From Sphyrna mokarran (Eukaryota), in contig JAGIQG010000043.1 in the NCBI GenBank assembly GCA_024679065.1, positions 2,046,001 to 2,110,000 of the forward strand: a stretch of 64,000 nucleotides of DNA. The letters are read 5' to 3'. Each line of letters starts with the position of its first letter. Position 1 is the stretch's first letter. This document shows, piece after piece, positions 38,301 through 50,000 of the stretch. The translations under genes and the position numbers were made by a program. Under the pieces are notes generated by a model. The model ran no database searches. It saw only the letters and a program-made list of their open reading frames with translations, and was not told where the DNA came from.

Positions 38301-38864
38301 ATTCCATCCGCCTTTTACTTGTCCCTTTCTACAAGAAGGTAGGTGTACGAGATCAGGTGCTAGAAATTCCACAACACGACTGATGCTTTTAAATATTAAA
38401 GTTATGCGTTTATTAGAAATGATACAAAAATTACACACAGATTAAATTACACCATTAACATTAATTTTACAGAACATTTTCCAGCAAAGATTCTTCCCTG
38501 GTTAGACTCATAAATAAACATACCTTTTGGGTGCAGAATCCTATAGCAACTTAATCTATAAAATAAATCCAGTAGTATTACCACAAGCCATCCAGTGTTT
38601 ATGTAAAGTCCCAGGGATTCTCAAATCTCAAACGGGATTCGCCCGTCCGTGGAAAGTACCAAACATGTTGAAATCAAACATGTCTTTCTAAAATTATTAT
38701 TATCGATGTTACTAATAATCCCATTATCTTAACATTGTTTAGTTGTTTGTTGAGATTCTTCGATATTTAGATTGACTGTTTAGTTCCTGTCCGTGACTGC
38801 AGTGGATCCGTTTGGAAATCTTAAATAATTCACTTAAATTCTCGCCACCTTCATGTTTTCATGT

Positions 38865-39570
38865 CGGTCTTTGTTCAATGAAGAAAAACGTTTTAAGTCT
38901 CTCCTTGTTCACCCCCGCTGATGCATATATGTAGGTGTCAAATCAGCCTCATATCAGTTCATTTGTTGGACATGGAACATGAAACTGGTAGGTGAATCAT
39001 AGGCAATCTGGGATGAATGTTGGTCATGAAATATTTCACATGAAAAACCATGCCATTAATATTTAAATCAAAATGTCATTTAAAAGAAGATACACCACTT
39101 GAATTGTAAAACAGGGACACAGTCCACCGGTGCTCACATCCTTCAATATATCCAGACAAATCCGTTTGGGATATACGATAGAATTCGGAAAATGTGGAAT
39201 TAAATTTCAGTTGATAACGGAAGTAATTGAAGTTACAGTCCAAAAACATCTCCCGGTTATACAGACTCCGAAACCGTGATCGATCGTCATAAAGAAACAT
39301 TTAGGGTATGAAATGGGCACTCTGCGCCCAGTCTGACATTGGCCACTTATGATTCCGGAACTTTGAGATAGTTTTTATGTCACCCCATGATATAAAAATG
39401 GTGCAATAAGAATAGATCAGGAATAATCGCCCCATATTGATAGAGACACCAAAAACAACAGCAGAAAATATGCAAAGTTGACCCTTCAAAGTACACCTTA
39501 ATAACATCTGAGGGATGGGGAGGGTTCTCTTCTAAGTTTAGAGGAAATGCATTCTGTACCTATATCTTTC
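38865..39570 (+). pseudogene. Highly decayed A-type leader-VJ-C1 pseudogene
   Basis: TQ-PPVLT..NIS..W..TDS..CAQSDIGHL*FRN (39115-39375); C1 start ETP......MQS*PF vs gene A LTP.......MKSVPL; GCATTCTGTACC resembles AHCT. Confidence 0.5.
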
Positions 39571-40309
39571 CCGACCCCTCCCTACTACACCTCCCCCAGC
39601 CAGCTCGGCAGATCCCCTACCCCGAATAGGAATGCAAAAAGCTGTAAATCGGCATACTCAGGAAATCAGCATTCTCAGGAAATCATTTCCGGTCGAGGGA
39701 GTCTTAGACATTACCAACACCATCCCTGAGGTGGCGCTACAATACTACAAAGGCTGAACAGAGATAGAATCGCAGATTTATGCACTGAGTTCCCAACATC
39801 TCTGGAGCACGTTACTTGCCAACAACACATCCATGGACAAGAAAACGTTCTGCTATTTGCCTCATACTGTCCGCCTCAGCTCATGCATCAATATTCCTCC
39901 ATCTTGAAATTCACTTGAAGGATGTACTGACTGGGGGAGAACCTTAAAAAAGAATGTAACGTCGTTAAGGTACAGCACACGAAGACTTGCGTGACAAACA
40001 GCGAATGCAGCATGCGATAGACAGAACTAAAGCAAATCACTGTCAACTGCTGTCCTTCTCAATTCAGTAGGGAATGGAGGTATTATCTGCGATACTTAAC
40101 AGGTTAGGAAGCTCCAATCGTATTTCTAAGCTCAATGACGGGGAACCCAGCACATCAGTGAAAAATGCAAGGATGAATCTGTTGCAGCAAACTTCAATTA
40201 GAAGAGTCCAGTGGATGATGCACCCCAGGCTATTCCAGGAAATGCCAATATGACAGATAAAGGAGTTCATCAGATTTGATTAAATTATGTGACAACAGTA
40301 AAATGCCTC

Positions 40310-40560
40310 ATTCACAACCATTTGTAGTTTTTGCAGTGTTGGTCAGAGCTGGAGCCGTACCAACCTGTGTGACATCCGGAAAGGATGTTTTTTTTATGAT
40401 GCACCTGTAAAAGTTGGTGAGAGGCCTCGCAGAAATGTCGAATTTCTTTAGCCATCTGAGAAAGTAGAGGCGTTGGTGGGCTTCCCTAACCATATCGTCG
40501 GCATGGAAGGACCAGGACAGATTGCTGGTGATCTGGACATAAGAAAGTTAAAGTTCGCGA
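40310..40560 (-). mobile_element. Rex1/Babar fragment
   Basis: AHQRLYFLRWLKKF..LTNFYRCII. Confidence 0.75.
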
Positions 40561-41397
40561 CCAGAAGAGACACAAGGTTACTGGTCAACATTATCAAATA
40601 GATCATTCACTCATTTTCCCTTGACGGAGCTGTTCACTCAGATTTCCGGTGGGGGAAGGGGGGAACAAGCGAACTACAAGTGATGTTTCAAACCATTGCA
40701 AATTAAAACAAAACAATAATTTTAAAATGTGCCTACGAAACATCAGCCCTCACCTTATCAGCTGCCCTAAGAGTTCAAATCCCAATGAGAATAAATAGTA
40801 GAATCCCGATTAACGTGATAGTTCTTGCAAAGGGTCAATATGCATCATTCTAACAAAACATTTAATGGGGCAAATTTGATGTTTATTGGGTTCTCTCATT
40901 GGAAACACGACCTAGTTCTGCAGTGAATTCAGTGAAACGTGTAAATTCTCTAAGACCCCTCAGGAACCCATGTCACATAATGTTCAGTACAATGATGGGG
41001 AACACACGTTGCCACAAAAGTATCACATATTCATGGGACTTGGGTATCGCTGGCTGTCCAGCAATTTTTGCCTATCCCTGGTTGCCCAAGGGCAGTTGAG
41101 AGTCAACACATTGCTGTGTGTCTAGAGTCACATGTAGGCCAGAACAGATAAGGGGAGCAGATTTCCTTCGTTAAAGGGCATTAAGGAAATTTGGGGAGTT
41201 TTCCCTGATAATAGACAATGTTTGCGTGGTCATCAGTAGACTTTGAATTCCAGATATCTTCTATTGAATTCATATTCCTCCAGCTCTCGTGGCGGGATTA
41301 GAACCAGGGTCGGCAGAACAGCAGTTGAGTTTTGGATTAATAGTCCAGCGATATTGCCACTCAGCCATCGCTTCTCCTTAAATATGAAGACATTTTA

Positions 41398-42176
41398 AAA
41401 GTGTGAGGTAATGCACTATGGCAGAAATAATAAATGTGTAGAGTATAGGGCAAATGGTAGGATGCTTAGTAGTCTAGATGAACAGAGGGATCTTGGTGTG
41501 TATGTGCATAGATCCCTGAAAGTAGGCAGTCAAGTCGAGAAGGTTGTTAAGAAGGCATATGGAGTCTTAGCTTTTATTGGTAGGGGGATTGAATTTCGGA
41601 GCCGCAACGTCATGTTGCAACTGCACAAAACTCTAGTGCGGCCGCACTTGGAGTATTGTGTGCAGTTCTGGTCCCGCATTATAAGAAAGATGTGGAGGCA
41701 TTGGAGAGGGTACAGAGGAGGTTTACCAGGATGTTGCCTGGTATGGAGGGCAGGTCTTATGAGGAGAGGCTGCGGGATTTGAGGTTGTATTCGTTAGAAA
41801 GGAGGCGGCTAAGAGGGGACCTAATCGAAACATATAAGATGTTTAGAGGTTTAGATAGGGTGGACAGTGATAGCCTTTTTCCTAGGATGGAGAAAGCTAG
41901 CACAAGGGGACACAGCTTTAAATTAAGGGGTGATAGTTATAGGACGGATATCAGAGGCAGGTTCTTTACCCAAAGGGGGGTTCGGGAGTGGAATGCCCTG
42001 CCTGCAGCAGTTGTAGATGCGCCAAGTTTGGTGCCGTTTAAGAGGTTAGTTGATAAGTATATGGAAGAGAAGGGAATGGTTTAGTTTGGAGGGGCATTGC
42101 TTTTTATATTGGTCGGCGCAACATCGAAGGCCGAAGGGCCTGTTCTGTGCTGTAATGTTCTATGTTCTATGTTCTA
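41398..42176 (+). mobile_element. CR1 (HER1-like) 3' fragment
   Basis: VRPHLEYCVQFW, FFTQR motifs; (TTCTATG)n tail. Confidence 0.93.
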
Positions 42177-42715
42177 TTTGTAGCATGAATTTGTAGATTG
42201 GTTTCTGACTATGGGAACTGAGTGCCTGAACTGTCCTGCATAAGTGCATGACCTAGAATGAAAGTGAAGATAGTCAGTCGACCCTATAACAGAGGGTTTG
42301 GTGTGGCAGCAAAGAGGCGCATTGTCTCTGTCCACGGCTCCTAGCTTCTACCCACAAAAGGACGGCTCGCATGTTCTGCAGTGTGCAGAGGATATCGAGG
42401 GGCGCAAGTCACTGGCCAAGATTCTGTCCACTTTACACCACTGATGGAAAATTAATCGAGCCAGAAATTGTCAGTGGTTTGCTTGTTTTCATAGTTGACA
42501 CAGTGCACGCACACAGCTGCCTGGGGAGGAGACAACTTGGCTCTCAGCTTGAAACCGCAAGCAGCAGAGTGTCTGCTATCAGCTTTGATACAATGAACAA
42601 AGGCCAGTGTATTGTATGAATGACCTCACTGACAATGTCCTCATGAATGTGACATCTTGTCCGTTTGTTTATTCAACGCCCAGTTTGGAAGACAAGTCAA
42701 AGATAATTCACAAGT

Positions 42716-43176
42716 GAAGGTTTACCAGGATGTTGCCTGGTATGGAGGGCAGGTCTTATGAAGAGAGGCTGAGGGATTTGAGGTTGTTTTCGTTAGAAAG
42801 GAGGCGGCTAAGAGGGGACCTCATCGAAACATATAAGATGATTAGAGGTTTAGATAGGGTGGACAGTGATAGCCTTTTTCCTATGATGGAGAAAGCTAGC
42901 ACGAGGGGACACAGCTTTAAATTAAGGGGTGATAGTTATAGGACGGATATCAGAGGTAGGTTCTTTATCCAAAGGGTGGTTCGGGAGTGGAATGCCCTGC
43001 CTGCAGCAGTTGTAGATGCGCCAAGTTTGGTGGTGTTTAAGAGGTTAGTTGATAAGTATATGGAAGAGAAGGGAATGTTTTAGTTTGGAGGGGCATTGCT
43101 TTTTATATTGGTCGGCGCAACATCGAAGGCCGAAGGGCCTGTTCTGTGCTGTAATGTTCTATGTTCTATGTTCTAT
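42716..43176 (+). mobile_element. CR1 (HER1-like) 3' fragment
   Basis: ORF 42730-43083 and tail. Confidence 0.93.
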
Positions 43177-43739
43177 TTCTACCAATCCGCGGGCAGTGTA
43201 TTCTCTACATCAAGGGAGGATCGAAATAACTCACTTAGACTGCAACTGCGTTTCAAATTTATTCACCCACCGTTCATCCAATATTTTCCAGTTTCTGTGC
43301 AAGCAGATTGTGTCACGAACCAGGGATCAAACGTGAGGGTATGGCTCAAACTTCTCAAGTTTACAATCAATGTATTAGAGACAAGTAAGGCTCATATTAA
43401 CACTGCAATTAAGTTACTGTGAAATTTGAAAGTTCTCCCCGTCGCCACAGTCGGCGCCTGTTCGGGTCTATGCACCGAATTAGTACGTCTTTCAGAATGT
43501 AGGAGAAACCCAGAGCATGCGGAGGAAACCCACGCTGACATAGGGAAAACGTGCATACTCCACACAGATAGTGAGGAAAATGGGGAGTCAAACTCAGGTC
43601 CCTGGTGCTGTGAAACAGCAGTGCTAATCATCGTGCCACCGTGCTGCCCCAGGTTTTGGACTGAAGTAAGGAGACATTTCCTCACCCAGAGAGTGTTGAA
43701 TGTGTGGAATTCACTCCAACATAAAGTAGTTGAGCCCGA

Positions 43740-44170
43740 AACAAAGAACAAAGGGCAAAGAACAAAGCAGCACGGGAAACAGGCCCCTTGGGCCAACGAG
43801 CCCGCGCCGCCACCCCGATGTTCCCACCTCTACCCGCGATCCCTGTCCATGTTTATAGATCTATGGATTAAAAACCAAATTGAGACAATTTAGGGAGAAT
43901 TTGTTTTGCCAATTAGCCTAAGAGCACATCTTTGGGATGTGGGAGGAAACCGGAGCTCCCGGAGAAAACCCACGCGAGCACAGGAAGAATGCGCAAACTC
44001 CCACAGACACAGGCCCAAATCCATGTATCTGCACAGCACAGTCACTGAGCTGTCGTGTTGCCCATCAGATGGTCCAGATCAAGCATACACTAACAACGTG
44101 AAGCAGTAGGATACTCTCGAAAATGATCCAAGAGCAGTCCTCTCACGACCCATCGTGTGTATGTCCCTTA
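43740..44170 (-). mobile_element. 3'UTR-only copy of the V-SINE-core CR1 subfamily
   Basis: Near-identical to 1-265. Confidence 0.8.
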
Positions 44171-45424
44171 TGTGATTTCAAAAAAATAAATCTGGAGTGT
44201 TTTTTTTTTCCATTTTTGGTTGCCCTTATCTGAGGAAAGCATGTTGTTGCTTTACAGGAAGGACAGCGAAAGTGCACCAGGCTGATTCCTGAGATAACAG
44301 GACGATCAAGTCAGGAGAGATGATATAGAGATGCCAGCGTTGGACTGGGGTAAACACAGTCAGAAGTCTGACAACAGCAGTTGTAAATCCAACCGATTTA
44401 TTTGATAGTAAACTCGCAAGTTTTCGGCTTTATGGCCTTCGTCAGGCGAATGAGGTGTTCTGGTCTGCAGTAGCACACATATCAGCACAGACAGTTTACA
44501 GATTACTGATTAGAATGCGAATCTTTACACCTAAACTGCTATTCAAGTCTTAAAGTGGCCAAAAATGTGAGTGGAAGGAGCGCTGAGCACAGGTTAGAGA
44601 GATGTGTATTGTCTCCAGACAGCACATTAAGTGAGGTTTTTTGCTAACCCAGGCAAGTCATGGGGTTTTACAGATAGTGTGACATGAAGCCAAGGTCCAA
44701 GATCAGGAGAGACCAAGTGGATTCGGATTGAATTCTTCAAATTTTAGGAGAGTGAGAGGGGGTCCCGTTGTAACTTATAAAGTTCCATCAGGTTTAGACA
44801 GAGTACGTACAGGAAGAACGTGCCTGATTATGGAGATATCCAGAATTAGTGGTAATTGTTTGAGAATAAGGGACAAACCTTTAGAACTAAGATGTAGAGA
44901 GATGTCTTCACCCAGGGAGTGGCCAATGCGTGAAATTCACTACCACAGACTGTTACTGAGGACAAAATGTTTTGTGATTTCAAGATGGAGTTCGAAGAAT
45001 TTGAAGAAATAGCTTTTGGGGTGTAAGAGAGATGTGAGGGAAAGGGGAATTCAGGACATTGAATTTGATAATCAGTCTTGACCAAAATGAAAGGCAGAGC
45101 AGGTTCGAAGTGCCAAATGGTCTCCTCAAGCTAATGTTGCCTATGTTTCTGTATCAATAAGTGTAAAAAAAAGCCTTTTTTTAGAATGGCTCATAGTGTG
45201 TATTATTGCATTCAATCTGTATTCCTGTCATTCACTTTACAAATCCATACCTTATTGGCCCGGAAGGACAAAAAGAGCGGACTCGTGGGTACACCATTAC
45301 CACCAACTCACCTCCCAATCAGAGGCACTATGTTGAAAACCTATTGTCATTCCTTCACTGCGGTGTGGTCCTCGCTCCTTATTTAGCATTATCGAAATAG
45401 CACATGGACAACCACAGGGAAGAT

Positions 45425-45790
45425 GCTGGAGCTGCTGTCACTGGAGCGTTGAAGGCTAAGGGGAGACCTGATAGAAGGCCACAAAAATTATACAAGTCAT
45501 GGACACAATTGGCATTCAAAATATTTCCCCTAGATTTGAAATGTCAAAGACTAAAGGGCATGCACTTAAGGTGAGAGGGGGAAAGTTCAAAGGAGATGTG
45601 AGGAGTAAATTGTTTAGACGGAGAGTGATAGTTGTCTGGAAGGCGCTGTCTGAGGTGGTATTGGAGGCAGGTCGAGTCGGGGCGCTTAAGGGAGTTTTAG
45701 ATAAGGGCAAGAATACGCAAGGAACAGAGCGATATAGACCAAGGTCTGGTAGAAGGGATTAGTTTAACTTCCGTCTCGTTCAGCACAACA
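45425..45790 (+). mobile_element. Older CR1 3' fragment
   Basis: TKGHALKVRGGKFKGDVR. Confidence 0.75.
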
Positions 45791-46992
45791 TCAAAGTATT
45801 GTGCACTTCCAAAATATATACACTGTATTTACAAAGACATGTCAACACCACCAATCAATCGAATCACAGACATAGTTAATACATGTTGCCGAGCAATACG
45901 CCCATGGGATAAAGGACCATAATTACGCCATTTTGCCCATCAATTCTGCTCTGCCATTCGATCATGGCTGATATATTTCTCAAACCCCATTCTCCCGCCT
46001 TTTCCTCTAAACCTTTGAACCACTTGCCAACCTATCTCTTGTCTAAAGCCTACTTATCTCTTTTTTTAAATACACTCAATGACTTGGCCTTCACGGCCTT
46101 TTGTGGCAATGAAATCCACACATTAATGTCTCTCTGGCTGAAGGAATTCCTTCTCTTCTTGGTGCGAAAGGATCAACCCTTTATTCTGAGTCTGTGCACT
46201 CGGAGCTTAGTCTCTCCAACTTATGGACGGTGGCACAGTAGTTGCTTTTTAACAGCACTTGGGACTCGGGTTCAATTGGGTGACTGTGTCGAGTTTGCAC
46301 ATTTTTCCATTGTCGGCATGGGATTCCTGCCGGTGCTCCAGTTTCCTCCCACAATCCAAAGATATATGGCTTTGTTGGATTAGCCATGCTAAATTGTCCC
46401 TTAGTGTCGGGGGCAGGTGGAGGGGAGAGGAGGGAAGGGGGCCCAGCGTCTAAGGTACATTACGGATATATCGCCTGGCTGGGTTCATTGTCAGTGCAAC
46501 CTCGAACGGCTAAAATGGCCTCATTCTCCAATATAGTCATTCTATTCTATTCTGAAGATTTTCTCCATGCCTACTCTACCAGGCGTTTCAGTGTTCTGTA
46601 AGTTTCAGTGAGATCACCGCCCTCATCCTTTTCAACTAAGCCACAGTGTTGCATATCCGGAGAATAAATTAAGCAGTAACTTACATTTTCTGCACATATC
46701 CGCACAATGATTAGCTTGTGATCTCCGCGGTATGTCAAACCAGTCAAGCTCTTGTGAATGTTCTATCACTTGACCCTGTGACACGTAGGCGGCAATCACA
46801 GTGTGTCAAATGCATTCAGCAGCGCAACGTCATCAGTGCTATGTCACACTTTCCATTGTCTCTTGTCACAGTTGCTACCCAATCATACAGTGCAACAATT
46901 AACTGGGTTTGAGACCAGGTCAGTCCTCGGACCTCTCAGCAAAAACAAACTGGTGTGAGTGGAAACAGGGAGATATTGCTCATCTGTGCAAA

Positions 46993-47047
46993 ATGGCCCA
47001 GCAATCTTTATCCCTGATATTCATTCTCCATGCGTTGTGGGCTCATG
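46993..47047 (+). CDS. Gene B exon 1, signal peptide MAQQSLSLIFILHALWAH
   Basis: AAAATGG start context, hydrophobic core, donor G|GTGAGT. Confidence 0.8.
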
Positions 47048-50000
47048 GTGAGTATTTGCCAGGCGAGACATTGAAAATGGAAGCAGCCAAGTTAGTTTTT
47101 AAGCATTAGAGTCACAAGTCGGCTTCGAGGGGAATTTCACATTCCAGTGTTAGTGTGAGCCTTCCTTGTGACTAGCAATCTTTACTTTTGCATCGACACT
47201 GCAATGATGTTACCATGAAAAGACCCCAGTCACCACACTCCTGCGCCAGTGCGGGTACACAGAGACAGAATTTAGCACGGCCAAGGTACCGAACCAACAC
47301 AGCTTTCGAACAGTGGGAGGTAACTCCCGTGCAGGCACGGGGAGAACGTGCACAGACGTGACCCAAGCCAGGAAGTGAATCCGGGTCCCCAGCGCTGTGA
47401 GCCAATGGTGCCAAACACCATGCTGCCCGGCTACAGCACTACAAATACGACTTAATGATCGGTACAAGGGATTTTCGGTTCCTTCCTTTCAAGCGAAGAA
47501 AACACAAATTGGGAAATAATGTCCAGAAGGATAATTGAAGATAATAATGAGACTGTTCTTAATTTACAACGTTATTTTTCAAATGGCAACTTTCTATGTT
47601 GAAATATGTGGTAATGTTTGAATAATCTCTCTAGTTACAGATTCCGAGTCCGACTCAAAGGCTCTTCACAGTGACAGCCGAAGTCGGCCAGAAGGTGGAT
47701 TTAACCTGTCAACAAGCATTCGAGGTGGAATCCGTGGCGAGCTATTTGTGGTACAAACAAAATGTTGGTGAAATCCCGAAAGTAATCGATATCCCACCCT
47801 GTGATGGGGGCGATTGCAAGTTTATTTCTAAAAAAGGCCACGACAAACGTGAATTGACACTGGAAATTCACAATGTCCAGTTGAATGACTCCGGTACCTA
47901 CTACTGTGCTGATAAGAATAGCTATGCACCGCTCCAGAATGGACCCACGCTGCTGGTTGGAGGTAAGAGAGTAAGTGAAATGAATTCAGATTGTGCACAG
48001 CAATACCACTTGGTGTAAATAAATCGTTAACTATGTCCCAATTTCTGTCCAGACAGTTCCACCAACAAGATGGCAGTGCAGGTATTTGTCCCGCCGGCTG
48101 AGCTGGATGTGAATGATACCGTGCCCTTATTGTGTTTGGTCAGTGGAGTTTCTTCCAACCAGGTTGCTATTTTCTGGAATATTTCCGGTCTGGTCACTGA
48201 AGGATCGAGTGATCCCGGGACAATGGAGAGGGACGGGACCTACAGCGTCAGAAGTCATGTCAGGGTGTCGGGGGTAACTTGGAGAAGCGGCGCTCTCTAC
48301 ACTTGTATTGTTCAACTGGGGACTCCAGAGGAATTTTCGACGAAAAGTGTATGGAAGGCCAAAACAACTGAAAGCCTGAAAGGTGAGATGTTACTCTGTA
48401 TATTGAAGGATTCTATTCAACTTTAGAGACAATCGGATAAATTCAGTAGATCCTAGCCTTCTGGGGATACATATCTGTATGTGTAAACATATATGTGACT
48501 GTGTGNNNNNNNNNNNNNNNNNNNNNNNNNNNNNNNNNNNNNNNNNNNNNNNNNNNNNNNNNNNNNNNNNNNNNNNNNNNNNNNNNNNNNNNNNNNNNNN
48601 NNNNNNNNNNNNNNNNNNNNNNNNNNNNNNNNNNNNNNNNNNNNNNNTCTAATCTGTATGTGTGCGTGTGTTTGTGTGTGTATATGTGCATGTGTGCGCG
48701 CGCGTCTGTGTGCAGGCAAGTGTATCTCTGAGCGTATGTGTGTTTGATTACATTTGGCTGATTATTGTACATGAATTAGCATACAGTGAAAAGTAGTTTA
48801 TTGAGTACTATACAGACAAAACATGACCGTCACCGAGTCCATAGGGGAGAATGAAGGAGTCATCCCCTATTTTGGTGTCTCTGCATTTCTAATTTGGTCA
48901 GAGAACCCCGGAGAAGAATGATTTGACCGATGGCAGTTTCTAAGTGTTCTTTTTTATCTATAGAATGGTGCGGAGAGACGGTTCCTATACGAATCAGTGT
49001 CCTGGTCACATTGATTCTGCTATCGGTCCTTATTTCCATTTGGATTTGTAAACACTGCAGATCAGGTGAAAATTAATGGTTATCTGAGACACTTTATTTT
49101 TTTTTTCTCTCAATATGATTTCCTCTTTACAGTTTTTAATTAGCTAATCGTATATTCTTCTATTTTAGAAGACAGAGAAATAGGATCCCGGAATGACACG
49201 TGAGTAAGAGAACAATGTGCAAAGTTCAACATTGCTCATTGTCCCCTCTTTCTCTATCTTATATTTTGTCAGACCTATTTCAATCCGAAAACTGATTCCA
49301 GGATGTGTTCCTCTATTTTCGATGATTTATATAAGATCTCTGGACATTCTACTTTCAACAATGTGCAGCATCTGAGATATGATAGGCCAGATATAACATT
49401 TGCTCCGTGTTCTTTTCCCATATCAAATTTTAGCTTGAGCCAGAGAAGGCAGCGAGAGGGATATAAGGAGCGACAAATGGGTAAGTTTCATTAGAATGTT
49501 GGCAGCGATTAAATGTCAGAATTAAAAAAGAATGAAGTGAAAATTGATTGGTGGAAGTATTTCTATGATGAGTGCACAAGTTGATTGGTATTGACAATTA
49601 ACTGTAGAGACATGATTGAAAGAAAATTTCAATAAATGGAGGACTTAAGCTTTGTCAAACAAAATCATATTATCGAGGCTTTTGGCCTTGTATTCATTGG
49701 CACAAAACAACACAAGAATAACATATATGATGGAAACAATTGTGCTTTCTTACTGAGAAGACTGTTCCCCTGTTTAGCAAAAAGACTGATTCGTTGCAGC
49801 CTCTTTTATGGAGGATGCTACAGTTAACTGTTAATTGCCATTTGTCTGCCTACACTTGTTAACATAGAAACTAGAAGAAGGAGTATGCAATTCGGCCCCT
49901 CGAACCTGCTCTGCTGTTCATTATGACCACAGCAGATAATCAAACTCAACGTCCTGATCCTCCATCCCCTCATACCATTTGATCCCTGTCGTCCACAGAG

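Noticed and set aside
39076-39507. Two abutting minus-strand ORFs with a signal-peptide-like start
   Set aside because: No recognisable domain; better explained as antisense of a decayed + strand VJ-C1 pseudogene.
42300-42620. C1-like reading TARMFCSV..HW..AHSC
   Set aside because: Motif spacing is poor and no supporting splice sites were found; too weak to call.
47667-47705. CACAGTG heptamers (also 16490, 46643, 46797) as RSS
   Set aside because: No convincing ACAAAAACC nonamer at 12 or 23 bp, and wrong position relative to V ends.
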